Assembly (NCBI GenBank): GCA_037442505.1 | Contig: JBBIPZ010000007.1 | Coordinates: 3,758-67,757, forward strand | Reading direction: 5' to 3' | DNA from: Deltaproteobacteria bacterium | GTDB taxonomy: Bacteria; CALINM01 | DNA length: 64,000 bases | In this document: in pieces, positions 30,479-39,533 of the stretch | Layout: every line of letters starts with the position of its first letter | Numbering within the stretch: position 1 is the first letter of the stretch | The notes under the pieces: generated by a model | Database searches by the model: none | Told to the model about the DNA's origin: nothing | The model's input: only the letters and a program-made list of their open reading frames with translations | Position numbers and translations under genes: made by a program

Positions 30479-31090
30479 ATGAAGGTTTTGATACCGTTTT
30501 ATTCTATGTATGGACATGTGTACAGATTGGCAGAAGCAGTGGCAGAAGGTGTTAGAGATGTTGAGGGAGCAGAAGCTATTTTACGACAGGTGCCTGAAAC
30601 ACTTCCTTTTGAAGTGCTTCAAAAAATGAACGCAGTCGAAGCAAAAAAGAGATTTGAACATATTCCTGTTTGTACTGTTGAAGAGTTAGCAGAAGCAGAC
30701 GCAATAATTTTTGGAACTCCTACAAGATTTGGGAATATGTGTGGGCAGATGAGACAGTTTTTAGATGCTACAGGACAGTTATGGCAGAAAGGTGCATTGG
30801 TTGGAAAAGTAGGAAGCGTTTTTGTCTCCACTGCGACACAGCATGGTGGACAGGAATCAACCATATTAAGTTTTCACATAACCTTGTTGCATCATGGAAT
30901 GGTGATTGTTGGTTTGCCGTATGCTTTTCAAGCACAGATGCGAATAGATGAAGTGATTGGTTGTTCACCTTATGGTGCATCTACAATTGCTGGTGGGATG
31001 GGAGAACGTTTGCCAGGTGAAACAGAACTTTTAGGAGCTAAGTTTCAGGGAAAACATGTTGCTACAATTGCTAAAAAACTGTTGAAGTAA
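30479..31090 (+). CDS. wrbA: NAD(P)H:quinone oxidoreductase, flavodoxin-like (WrbA family)
   Basis: [24 protein letters not shown] matches the WrbA N-terminus. Confidence 0.8.
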   Translation: MKVLIPFYSMYGHVYRLAEAVAEGVRDVEGAEAILRQVPETLPFEVLQKMNAVEAKKRFEHIPVCTVEELAEADAIIFGTPTRFGNMCGQMRQFLDATGQLWQKGALVGKVGSVFVSTATQHGGQESTILSFHITLLHHGMVIVGLPYAFQAQMRIDEVIGCSPYGASTIAGGMGERLPGETELLGAKFQGKHVATIAKKLLK

Positions 31091-31156
31091 AACAAATATT
31101 ACTTGAAATTATTATACATTTATTTGACAATGGATTTATAAAAGTTAGGAGGACTT

Positions 31157-32383
31157 TTGATGCGATATTTAAAAGTGCTAAGTATTTTCTTTTGTGCTTT
31201 TATGGTAGTTGGTTGTGTGAGTTCAGGCACATATAAGGCTTGTTTATCCGATGTTGATGCCCTAAAAGGTGACAAAGCGAAGTTAGAGGATTTACTAAAA
31301 ACGAAAGACGCACAGTTGGAAGCATTGAGGGCTGAAAAGTCAAAATTAGAGGTAGATATTGCCGATAAATATAAGCAGAATAATCTACTTAAAGAAAAGA
31401 TAACCAATTTAGAAAAAGATATAAAAAATAAGGAAACTGAAAAAAAGGCTCTCGAAGAAAAAAATGCTAAACTTGAAAAAGATTACAATGAGTTGGTTAC
31501 AGAAAACTCTGACTTAAGAAAAACGTTATCTTCAAGCAAAGATGAGCTTACAAAAAATGTGTCGGAGCTTCAAACTAAGCTAAAAGAGAGAGAATCAAGA
31601 GTTTCTTTGTTAGAAGAGGATGTGCTCACTAAGAGCGGACAGATCGCAACGTTAAAGGATGAAATCAGAAAGAATAAAGAACAGATAACCGCATTGGTAG
31701 CAAGTATTAAGGAAAAAGAGGAACAAAAATCTTCTTTAGAAAAACAACTTCTTGAAAAAGACGAGCAGATAAAAAAAATGGAAAAAGATCTGGCTTCAAA
31801 AGATATTATGATAAATGACCTAAAAAATGAGATAAAAGCCCTTTCAACAGATAGAGCTAAAGTATTGGAGGAAAAAGAAAGGGCAATAGCTGAGCTTAAA
31901 AAGACTCACGACAAATTAATTGTAGAACTAAGCGAAGAGATTAAAAAAGGTGAAATAGAGGTTACTCAGTTGCGAGACAAACTCACTTTACAGATGGTTG
32001 AAAAAATTCTTTTTGATTCTGGCAGCGCAGAAATAAAAGGTAGTGGCAAAAAGGTGCTTGACCGTGTTGCAGAAATTTTGAAAAAGGTTAACGATAGACA
32101 GATCAGGATAGAAGGACACACAGACAACAAACCCATTGGCGCTAAGATTGCAAAGAAGTTTCCAACAAACTGGGAGCTTTCTACCGCAAGGGCCACAAAT
32201 GTGGTGAGATATCTTAAAGAAAAAGGTGGTATTGATCCCAGATACTTGAGTGCAGCTGGGTATGCGGAGTATAAACCAGTTGATACTAATGATACTGAAG
32301 AAGGTAGGGCTAAAAATAGAAGAATAGAAATCGTTCTGATACCCATTGAGTTAGAGACAACCAAGGTAATGACGACAAAATAG
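31157..32383 (+). CDS. Lipoprotein with a long coiled-coil stalk and a C-terminal OmpA/MotB peptidoglycan-binding domain
   Basis: Lipobox VVGC, about 250 aa of heptad-rich KE-rich sequence, and OmpA_C motifs (GHTDN...NWELSTARA...NRRIEI). Confidence 0.75.
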   Translation: MMRYLKVLSIFFCAFMVVGCVSSGTYKACLSDVDALKGDKAKLEDLLKTKDAQLEALRAEKSKLEVDIADKYKQNNLLKEKITNLEKDIKNKETEKKALEEKNAKLEKDYNELVTENSDLRKTLSSSKDELTKNVSELQTKLKERESRVSLLEEDVLTKSGQIATLKDEIRKNKEQITALVASIKEKEEQKSSLEKQLLEKDEQIKKMEKDLASKDIMINDLKNEIKALSTDRAKVLEEKERAIAELKKTHDKLIVELSEEIKKGEIEVTQLRDKLTLQMVEKILFDSGSAEIKGSGKKVLDRVAEILKKVNDRQIRIEGHTDNKPIGAKIAKKFPTNWELSTARATNVVRYLKEKGGIDPRYLSAAGYAEYKPVDTNDTEEGRAKNRRIEIVLIPIELETTKVMTTK

Positions 32384-32392
32384 CTTTTCTTA

Positions 32393-32425
32393 AAGAGGAC
32401 GTGAAATATCGTCCTCTCTTTTACT
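32393..32425 (+). terminator. Intrinsic terminator after the OmpA-like gene
   Basis: AAGAGGACG-tgaaatat-CGTCCTCT followed by a CTTTTACT T-rich tail. Confidence 0.5.
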
Positions 32426-32438
32426 CATTAACTTAAAA

Positions 32439-33314
32439 ATGTCAGAAAAATTATCAAATTTTTTTATTGCAATTATCGTTATAGCGATGGTGATATGGGG
32501 AGGCAGTTGGGTTTCTGCAAAGGCTATCGCCGGTAGTTATGACGCCAATATATTAACCTTCTTGAGGTTTTTCGTCAGTGCAATTTCGTTTATACCAATC
32601 ATCGTCTCAATGAGGCTAAATATTTTGTTAGATAAACACAGTTTAAAGTATGTTGTCATTGGTTCAGTTTCTATGGGGCTTTATTTCTATGTTTTTTTTA
32701 AAGGGCTCGAAACTGGGTATGCCAGTGTAGCAGGTGTTTTTGTAACATCATTAATTCCTATATTTACATTGTTGCTATCAAAAATTTTTTTTAAAAGCAA
32801 ATTTAGAACAATTGATTATATCGGCATTTCATTAGGGTTTATAGGTGGCGCTGTTATTATGAAGTTCTGGCAGTTAAATTTTGTTAATATTGTTAAATCT
32901 GGAAACATTTATTTTCTTTTTTGTCCCGTTTTATGGGCTATAGTTACAATATGTAGCGAAAAGTCTGCTGAAAAAATATCTCCGATAATCTTTAGTTTCT
33001 ACTGTTATTTAACTTCATCTTTGATATTTTTCATTTTATCAATTGATAAGCAGATGATATCCGTTTGTAATGGTGGTTTAAAATTATGGTTAAATATAAT
33101 CTATCTTTCTATAATATCGAGCACTTTAGCAACCACTGCATATTTTTATGCTACAAAGAAAATATCTTCTTATCGTGCAAGTTCTTTTGCTTTTATTGTT
33201 CCTGTTAGTAGCCTGATACTCAGTATATTGTTTCTTGGAGAAAAGCCTGGTGCAACAACCATATCTGGTGGCTTAATTTCGATTCTGGCAACCTATATTA
33301 TAAACTCAAAATAA
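32439..33314 (+). CDS. EamA/DMT-family transporter
   Basis: 291 aa, ten-TM duplicated EamA pattern. Confidence 0.7.
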   Translation: MSEKLSNFFIAIIVIAMVIWGGSWVSAKAIAGSYDANILTFLRFFVSAISFIPIIVSMRLNILLDKHSLKYVVIGSVSMGLYFYVFFKGLETGYASVAGVFVTSLIPIFTLLLSKIFFKSKFRTIDYIGISLGFIGGAVIMKFWQLNFVNIVKSGNIYFLFCPVLWAIVTICSEKSAEKISPIIFSFYCYLTSSLIFFILSIDKQMISVCNGGLKLWLNIIYLSIISSTLATTAYFYATKKISSYRASSFAFIVPVSSLILSILFLGEKPGATTISGGLISILATYIINSK

Positions 33315-33423
33315 AAAATAGTTTAGGGTTGTCTTTATTCTCAACATAGAGAGCTTTTAAAAAGTTCTCTTAATCTTAAGTTTCTCCACTGGTTACAAAA
33401 AAAACAAAACATCATTTTATTGT

Positions 33424-33452
33424 TGACAAGATATTTTTTATTATGTATTATT
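33424..33452 (+). promoter_or_regulatory. Near-consensus sigma70-like promoter (TTGACA-N17-TATTAT)
   Basis: TTGACA at 33424-33429, 17-nt spacer, TATTAT at 33447-33452. Confidence 0.35.
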
Positions 33453-33458
33453 TAACCA

Positions 33459-33507
33459 TACAATATTTCCCCCCCCAAAGGAAGGCATAGCCTTCCTATT
33501 TTTTTTC
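33459..33507 (+). ncRNA. Candidate sRNA or attenuator of about 50 nt (C8 tract plus terminator hairpin)
   Basis: Bounded by the promoter above and the GGAAGGC-ata-GCCTTCC hairpin with its T8 run (33481-33507). Confidence 0.25.
33478..33507 (+). terminator. Intrinsic terminator hairpin
   Basis: Perfect 7-bp GC-rich stem GGAAGGC/GCCTTCC, 3-nt loop, then TATTTTTTTT. Confidence 0.55.
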
Positions 33508-33600
33508 AAACATTTTTATAAAATCATCAGGTTGACAATTTTGCAAAAATGTTGTTTATTTATCATAAAGTAGAAGTAATATATAACAGTGAGGTAAAGT

Positions 33601-33996
33601 ATGGAAAAGATACTTGTAAGAACCACCAGAAGATTTGAGATTGTTGATTTAACAAGTCATGTTATGTCTATTGTATCAAAAAGTAGCATAGCTGACGGAT
33701 TATGTGTTGTGTTTTGTCCGCATACAACAGCTGCAGTTGCCGTAAACGAAAATGCAGATCCTACTGTAAAGCAAGATATCATATCAAAATTGGCTGAGTT
33801 GGTTCCGCAAAATGGAAACTATAGACATTTAGAAAAAAACTCTGATGCACATATCAAAAACGTTCTTGTTGGTCCTTCTTTAACTTTTATAGTAGAAAAC
33901 GGTAAGATCGAGTTAGGAACCTGGCAGGGTATATTTTTTATAGAAAGTGATGGACCAAGAAATCGAGAAGTGTGGGTAAAGGTTGTAGGAAAGTAG
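33601..33996 (+). CDS. YjbQ/UPF0047 family protein (secondary thiamine-phosphate synthase-like)
   Basis: 131 aa; the family pattern (TSHVMSIV...GLCVVFCPHTTAAVAVNE...GTWQGIFF) is recognisable. Confidence 0.7.
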   Translation: MEKILVRTTRRFEIVDLTSHVMSIVSKSSIADGLCVVFCPHTTAAVAVNENADPTVKQDIISKLAELVPQNGNYRHLEKNSDAHIKNVLVGPSLTFIVENGKIELGTWQGIFFIESDGPRNREVWVKVVGK

Positions 33997-34018
33997 CCAA
34001 CATCTAAGAAAGGAGAAA

Positions 34019-34462
34019 TTGATGGATCTAAAACAACAGCTTGAGCAAGAAATGAAAGAGGCTTTAAAGGCGAGAGATACTTTTAAGCTTAACGTTATAC
34101 GCTTTCTTTTAGCCCAGATAAAAAATAAAGAAATTGATTTGAGAAAACCTCTTAGCAATGAAGATATTTATAAAATAATACAGACACTTGTTAAACAGCG
34201 AAAAGAAAGTATCTCATTCTCTGAAAAGGCTGGCAGGACCGACCTTGTTGAAAAGGAGAAGGCAGAATTGAGTTTATTAGAAGCTTATCTTCCTAAGTCT
34301 TTGACAGAAGAAGAGATTAAAACAATCATAACAGATGTTATAAAAGAACTAAACGCTACTCAAAAAGATTTTGGTAAAGTGATGAAGGCACTAATGCCTA
34401 AAATTGCTGGTAGGGCAGATGGTGCAAAAGTAAATGAGCTTGTAAAAAAGCTTCTTGCTTAA
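34019..34462 (+). CDS. GatB/YqeY-domain protein
   Basis: 147 aa, YqeY-like pattern (LKEALKARD...YLP). Sits at the classic position upstream of dnaG. Confidence 0.8.
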   Translation: MMDLKQQLEQEMKEALKARDTFKLNVIRFLLAQIKNKEIDLRKPLSNEDIYKIIQTLVKQRKESISFSEKAGRTDLVEKEKAELSLLEAYLPKSLTEEEIKTIITDVIKELNATQKDFGKVMKALMPKIAGRADGAKVNELVKKLLA

Positions 34463-34486
34463 TTATTGTTTTTAAAAACTTCTTAA

Positions 34487-36217
34487 ATGAGATATTCTCG
34501 CACTGCTATAAGAGAGCTATTTAACATAGTTGATTACGTTTCTCGTTACGTTAATCTTAAAAAAAGGGGTAAGAACTATGTTGGGCTCTGTCCGTTTCAT
34601 CAAGAAAAGACACCTTCTTTTTCTGTCAGTGAAGATAAGCAGATATTTCATTGTTTTGGGTGTGGTATAGGGGGTGATTTAGTTCAGTTTCTAACAAGTT
34701 ATCTGAAGACCGATATATACGATGTGTTGACCCTTTTAGAGAACGAAAGAGGTGTTAAATTAATCGAAAGAGACAAAGATTATGAAAAACGTCAAAACAC
34801 TATAAATAAAATTTTAGCAATCAATAAAAAAGCTCTCGGTTTTTTTGTGAATAATCTTTTTAAAACAATAGATGGAGGAGATGCTCTCAAGTATCTGAAT
34901 AAAAGGGGTATAAATCTTAATACCGTTAAAAAGTTCCAGTTAGGTTTTGGTGGAAAAAGATGGGACGCTTTGGCTAACGAACTATTTAGAGCTGGTTTTA
35001 AAGAAGAAGAGATAGCAAAATCTGGTCTGGTAGTTTTTAACCAGACAGGTCGTCGAGATTTTTTTAGAAACAGATTGATTTTTCCAATTATTAATCAAAA
35101 AGGTGATATTATAGCATTTGGAGGAAGGGCGTTAGATGATAGTTTGCCAAAATATATAAATTCACCAGAAAGTGCGGTGTTTTCAAAAAGAAAGAATTTA
35201 TACGGTATAAATGTTGCTAAAGAAAACATAGTGTTAGATAAGACGGTTTTAATTGTTGAAGGTTACATTGATTGCATTTCTATGCATGAAGCAGGTTATG
35301 AAAATACTGTTGCAACGTTGGGAACGGCATTAACTGAGGAGCAGATTAAATACTTAAAAGGTTTTGCTGAACATTTCTATCTGATTTATGATGGAGATGA
35401 GGCAGGCAATAAGGCTGCCATTAAAGCCGTTGAGAGTTTTTTAAATTTAGGAATATCTCCTAATGTGGTAACATTACCAGCTGGCGAAGATCCTGATAGT
35501 CTTATTACGAGTGGAAAAATAGATGTTTTAGATGAAGCTGTTTCTAATTCTAAAAAAGGTATTGACTTTTTGGTGTCATTGTATAAAAATAAATACTCAC
35601 TCCAGACTTCTGAAGGCTTGAGAAGTTTTATTTATTCCTTAGGTGCGCACGTGCGAAATATCGAAAATCCAATTGAGAAAGAGATTATTTTGAGAGAAAT
35701 CTCGGAGATAACAGGTATTAAAGCTGAAAAAATTTCTCAAGTTTTTATCCCCGGCAATGCTGTAAAACATCTGCAGATAAACAAAGAGACAAATGAAGTT
35801 TCCTATGCAGACACAATCGTATCTTTCCTATTGAATAAACCAGATTACAATGATTATATTGATAATGACGTTTTATCAGAATTACCTGAAGATTATAAAG
35901 AAGTAATAAACAAGGTAGTTAAGGCGGATAGACATGATGAACTTTCAGAAAATGCGAAAAAATTATACTCTAAATTGGCTATATTGAACGTTGATAATCA
36001 GCAAGTAAATGAAGATGCATTTTTTGACACAATCAGGTTTATCAAACGAAAAAAGATTAAAGAAGAAAAAGAGAAAATAAACGAGCTGATAAAGGCTGAA
36101 GAAAGTGGTGCTTCACCGGATTTTAAGAAAATATTTATGTTGCAAGAAGAGAAAAAGAAACTAACACAGCTTGAACAGAGACTTTTAAAAAGGAGTAATA
36201 TAGGTTATGAGGTCTAA
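34487..36217 (+). CDS. dnaG: DNA primase
   Basis: Zinc ribbon [13 protein letters not shown]...CFGCG and a TOPRIM domain (EGYIDCIS...YDGDEAG). Confidence 0.9.
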   Translation: MRYSRTAIRELFNIVDYVSRYVNLKKRGKNYVGLCPFHQEKTPSFSVSEDKQIFHCFGCGIGGDLVQFLTSYLKTDIYDVLTLLENERGVKLIERDKDYEKRQNTINKILAINKKALGFFVNNLFKTIDGGDALKYLNKRGINLNTVKKFQLGFGGKRWDALANELFRAGFKEEEIAKSGLVVFNQTGRRDFFRNRLIFPIINQKGDIIAFGGRALDDSLPKYINSPESAVFSKRKNLYGINVAKENIVLDKTVLIVEGYIDCISMHEAGYENTVATLGTALTEEQIKYLKGFAEHFYLIYDGDEAGNKAAIKAVESFLNLGISPNVVTLPAGEDPDSLITSGKIDVLDEAVSNSKKGIDFLVSLYKNKYSLQTSEGLRSFIYSLGAHVRNIENPIEKEIILREISEITGIKAEKISQVFIPGNAVKHLQINKETNEVSYADTIVSFLLNKPDYNDYIDNDVLSELPEDYKEVINKVVKADRHDELSENAKKLYSKLAILNVDNQQVNEDAFFDTIRFIKRKKIKEEKEKINELIKAEESGASPDFKKIFMLQEEKKKLTQLEQRLLKRSNIGYEV

Positions 36218-37925
36218 AAAAAGTATCAGGGAAGAAGTTGCCGTTGAGGAGATGCTTGCCAAAGGCAAAAAAAAGGGTTTTTTAACTTATGACGAATTAA
36301 ATGACATGATTCCTGAAGATTTTAATACTGAAAATATCGATGAAGTTATATCAATCTTTGATGAGATGGAAATACCTCTCGTTGATGGTATTCAAAGTGT
36401 TCCTTCTACGCGTATTTATGAAGAAGAGGAACATGAAGAGTTTGACGAGCTCGAAGATGAACTTAAAAAGGTGAGTGATCCAGTAAGGCTTTATCTAAAA
36501 GAGATGGGGTCTGTTAATCTGCTTGATCGTGAAGGCGAGATCGAGTTAGCTAAAAAAATTGAAGAGGGAAATGACAGTATTATTCGCGCAATAATTTCTT
36601 ATGTGCCTGTTTTTGAAGAATTTTTAAGTTATGGCAAAAAGCTGGATGACCCTGAATTTGACATAAGCGAAATTACAAAAGAAGTTGAGGAAGATACTTA
36701 CGAAGATGAAGAGAGAGAGTTAACAATTGTCAGCACCCTAAAAGAATTTTTCGATAATTTGAATAAGAAGTATGCTGAGCTAAGAAAACTCAAATCAAAT
36801 AAGAACGCCAGAAACGATAAAAAGATAAAAAAGGTTGAAGACGAAATTGTTCAGATTATTAAAAGCATTAGTATTAATGAAAGTTTAATTGATAAGTTCA
36901 GGACAAAGATGCAATATGATTACGATGAAAATTTTGGAAATATAATTAAAAATATTGTTTCAGACGTGCAAGAAAAGCTTGAATTATCATACAAAAAGGC
37001 GGAAGAGATCGTTTCATTGCTATTGTCAAATGAGAATGTGTCTCCTAAAAAAGTTGGTTTAACAAAAGAAAAACTTACTAAGATAGAAAAAATTGTAAAG
37101 GCAAAGGCGACTGTATTAGCTAAAAATGAAAAAAAATTGGATATATCTGAGAAGAGACTGGCAGAACTGTTAAATCAATTAAAAGAGGGTGATAGGAAAA
37201 AGAGAGATGCAAAAAATCAGTTAGTTAACGCTAACCTTCGCTTGGTGGTGAGTATTGCAAAAAAATATACAAACAGAGGTTTGCAGTTTCTGGATCTGAT
37301 ACAGGAAGGCAATATTGGGTTAATGAAGGCGGTTGATAAGTTTGAGTACAAAAGGGGATATAAGTTTAGTACCTATGCAACATGGTGGATCAGGCAGGCG
37401 ATAACAAGGGCAATAGCCGATCAGGCAAGGACTATAAGAATTCCTGTTCATATGATCGAAACTATCAATAAGCTTATCAGGGAGTCAAGGGCTCTTGTTC
37501 AGGAGTTAGGCAGGGAACCAAATGCAGAAGAGATTGCCGAAAGGACTGAACTGCCCGTTGAAAAGGTAAGAAAGATTTTAAAAATTGCGAAAGAGCCTAT
37601 CTCTCTTGAAACACCTATTGGAGAAGAAGAAGACAGTCATTTAGGAGATTTTATTGAAGACAAAAAGACTTTATCGCCTGTAGAAGCCGTAGTACAAAGC
37701 AATTTACAAGATGTTGTTGCAAATGTTTTATCAACATTAACTTCACGTGAGGAAAAGGTTATAAGACTAAGATTTGGTATTGGCGAAAAATATGATCACA
37801 CTCTTGAAGAAGTAGGTCAGGCTTTTAACGTCACAAGAGAAAGGATCAGGCAGATAGAAGGTAAGGCTTTGAGGAAATTGCGTCATCCTATCAGAGCGAA
37901 GAAACTTAAGAGTTTTGTCGAATAA
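36207..37925 (+). CDS. rpoD: RNA polymerase sigma-70 factor RpoD
   Basis: Regions 1.1-4 present ([38 protein letters not shown]) with an acidic non-conserved insert. Confidence 0.95.
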   Translation: MRSKKSIREEVAVEEMLAKGKKKGFLTYDELNDMIPEDFNTENIDEVISIFDEMEIPLVDGIQSVPSTRIYEEEEHEEFDELEDELKKVSDPVRLYLKEMGSVNLLDREGEIELAKKIEEGNDSIIRAIISYVPVFEEFLSYGKKLDDPEFDISEITKEVEEDTYEDEERELTIVSTLKEFFDNLNKKYAELRKLKSNKNARNDKKIKKVEDEIVQIIKSISINESLIDKFRTKMQYDYDENFGNIIKNIVSDVQEKLELSYKKAEEIVSLLLSNENVSPKKVGLTKEKLTKIEKIVKAKATVLAKNEKKLDISEKRLAELLNQLKEGDRKKRDAKNQLVNANLRLVVSIAKKYTNRGLQFLDLIQEGNIGLMKAVDKFEYKRGYKFSTYATWWIRQAITRAIADQARTIRIPVHMIETINKLIRESRALVQELGREPNAEEIAERTELPVEKVRKILKIAKEPISLETPIGEEEDSHLGDFIEDKKTLSPVEAVVQSNLQDVVANVLSTLTSREEKVIRLRFGIGEKYDHTLEEVGQAFNVTRERIRQIEGKALRKLRHPIRAKKLKSFVE

Positions 37926-37937
37926 AATCAGAGGAGG

Positions 37938-38495
37938 GTGGTTATGGAAATTTCTGTTTACTACAACAATTTGAATTCAAGTGATGCAATCAAAAGTTAT
38001 GTTGAAAACAAGATTGGCAAAGTTAAAAAGTATTTAGATGAGCCTATCAATGCTCAGGTGACACTGTCAGTTGAGAAACTTAATCACATCGTAAAAGTAA
38101 ATTTGAATGCACATGGTTATGTTATTCATGTTGAAGAGAAGGATACTAATCTTTATTCTGCAATTGATTTAGTTGCAGACACATTAGAAAGAAAAATCAA
38201 AAAGTATTTAGAAAGAATAAAAAAAGATAAAAATAATAAGAAAAAATCTGCAGAAAAAACAATTTTAGGAAAGGAAGAGGTGTTTTCTCTTTCAGAAGAA
38301 GCCTCCGAAGAGAAGAAAATAATCAAAGTGAAAAATTATGAAATCAAAATGATGGACACAGAAGAAGCAGCTATGCAAATGGATCTATTAAATAGGGATT
38401 TTCTTGTTTACATAAGTAACGAATCAGATGCAGTAAGCGTAATTTACAAGAGAAAAGATGGTAATTATGGTTTGATAGAGGCTAAGGTAAAGTGA
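37938..38495 (+). CDS. hpf: Ribosome hibernation-promoting factor, long form
   Basis: N-terminal RaiA/HPF fold motifs (LDEPINAQVTLSVEK) plus a C-terminal dimerisation extension; 185 aa. Confidence 0.85.
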   Translation: MVMEISVYYNNLNSSDAIKSYVENKIGKVKKYLDEPINAQVTLSVEKLNHIVKVNLNAHGYVIHVEEKDTNLYSAIDLVADTLERKIKKYLERIKKDKNNKKKSAEKTILGKEEVFSLSEEASEEKKIIKVKNYEIKMMDTEEAAMQMDLLNRDFLVYISNESDAVSVIYKRKDGNYGLIEAKVK

Positions 38496-38531
38496 TAAAA
38501 ATACAAAAAAACGTTTTTAAATTTTACGAAG

Positions 38532-38561
38532 ATACCCCCTCCACAAGAGGGGGTATTTTAT
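38532..38561 (+). terminator. Intrinsic terminator after hpf
   Basis: Perfect 10-bp stem ATACCCCCTC-cacaa-GAGGGGGTAT followed by TTTTA. Confidence 0.6.
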
Positions 38562-38571
38562 ATTAAGGTCT

Positions 38572-39423
38572 ATGGATTTTTTTCTGATATCTGGAGTTTC
38601 TGGCTCTGGCAAGACAGTCTTTCTAAAGGCACTCGAAGATTCAGGTTTTTTTTGCGTGGATAACCTGCCTATTCCTTTATTAATTGATTTTCTTGAAGTA
38701 ATGCGTTCATCAGAAGAATTAACAAAAGTGGCGGTTGTAATAGATATTAGAGAAAAAAGTTTTTTAAAACAAACAACAAATCTGATAGAAAAGATTCAAA
38801 GCTTACCTTATGTTAATCTAAAAATTGTTTTTCTTGATGCAAGGGATGAGATTCTGGAAAGAAGGTATAATGAGACACGAAGAAAACATCCCATCGATAT
38901 CTACAATTTAGAGCAAAGCTTTGAAGAAGAGCGCAAGCAACTAAATGTATTTAAGGAAAAGGCAGACTTTATTATCGATACAAGTAGCTACAATAACTAT
39001 GATTTAAGAAAGAAAGCGCTAGAAATTGCCTCAGGCAAAATACGAAAATCCAGAGTATCTATAAAAATTACCAGTTTTGGATACAAGTTTGGGGTCCCAA
39101 GTGATGTAGATATAATGTTTGATATGAGGTTTATAGCCAATCCTTATTATATACCAAGTTTAAAAGATAAAACGGGCAAGGATTTTGAAGTAAAAAAATT
39201 TATAAAATCGGACCGCGTTTCTGTTGAGTTTATAAAAATGGCGAGGAAACTGCTTTTATTCATAATAGAAAATTTTGAAAAACAGGGAAAAAACTTTATA
39301 TCAATTGCATTTGGATGTACTGGTGGCAGACACCGTTCTGTTTATATGGCAGAGGTGTTTTATAAAATAATCCGCAATAAATTTCCTGACACACATATCT
39401 TACACAGAGATATAGGAAGGTAA
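38572..39423 (+). CDS. rapZ: RNase adapter protein RapZ (YvcJ/YhbJ, P-loop)
   Basis: MDFFLISGVSGSGKT Walker A and the family's C-terminal GCTGGRHRS motif. Confidence 0.85.
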   Translation: MDFFLISGVSGSGKTVFLKALEDSGFFCVDNLPIPLLIDFLEVMRSSEELTKVAVVIDIREKSFLKQTTNLIEKIQSLPYVNLKIVFLDARDEILERRYNETRRKHPIDIYNLEQSFEEERKQLNVFKEKADFIIDTSSYNNYDLRKKALEIASGKIRKSRVSIKITSFGYKFGVPSDVDIMFDMRFIANPYYIPSLKDKTGKDFEVKKFIKSDRVSVEFIKMARKLLLFIIENFEKQGKNFISIAFGCTGGRHRSVYMAEVFYKIIRNKFPDTHILHRDIGR

Positions 39424-39489
39424 CAATTTAACGTTCCCCTTTTTTTTGTTTTACTTGTTAAAACAAAATATGGGTTACAAACTGAGTCT

Positions 39490-39511
39490 ATTTTTGCTAT
39501 AATGATAATTT
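39490..39511 (+). promoter_or_regulatory. gyrA promoter with extended -10 (TGcTATAAT)
   Basis: TATAAT preceded by TGC. A weak -35 TTACAA lies 17 nt upstream. SD AAGGAGG follows. Confidence 0.4.
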
Positions 39512-39533
39512 GAATTTTTCAAGGAGGAGTTAA

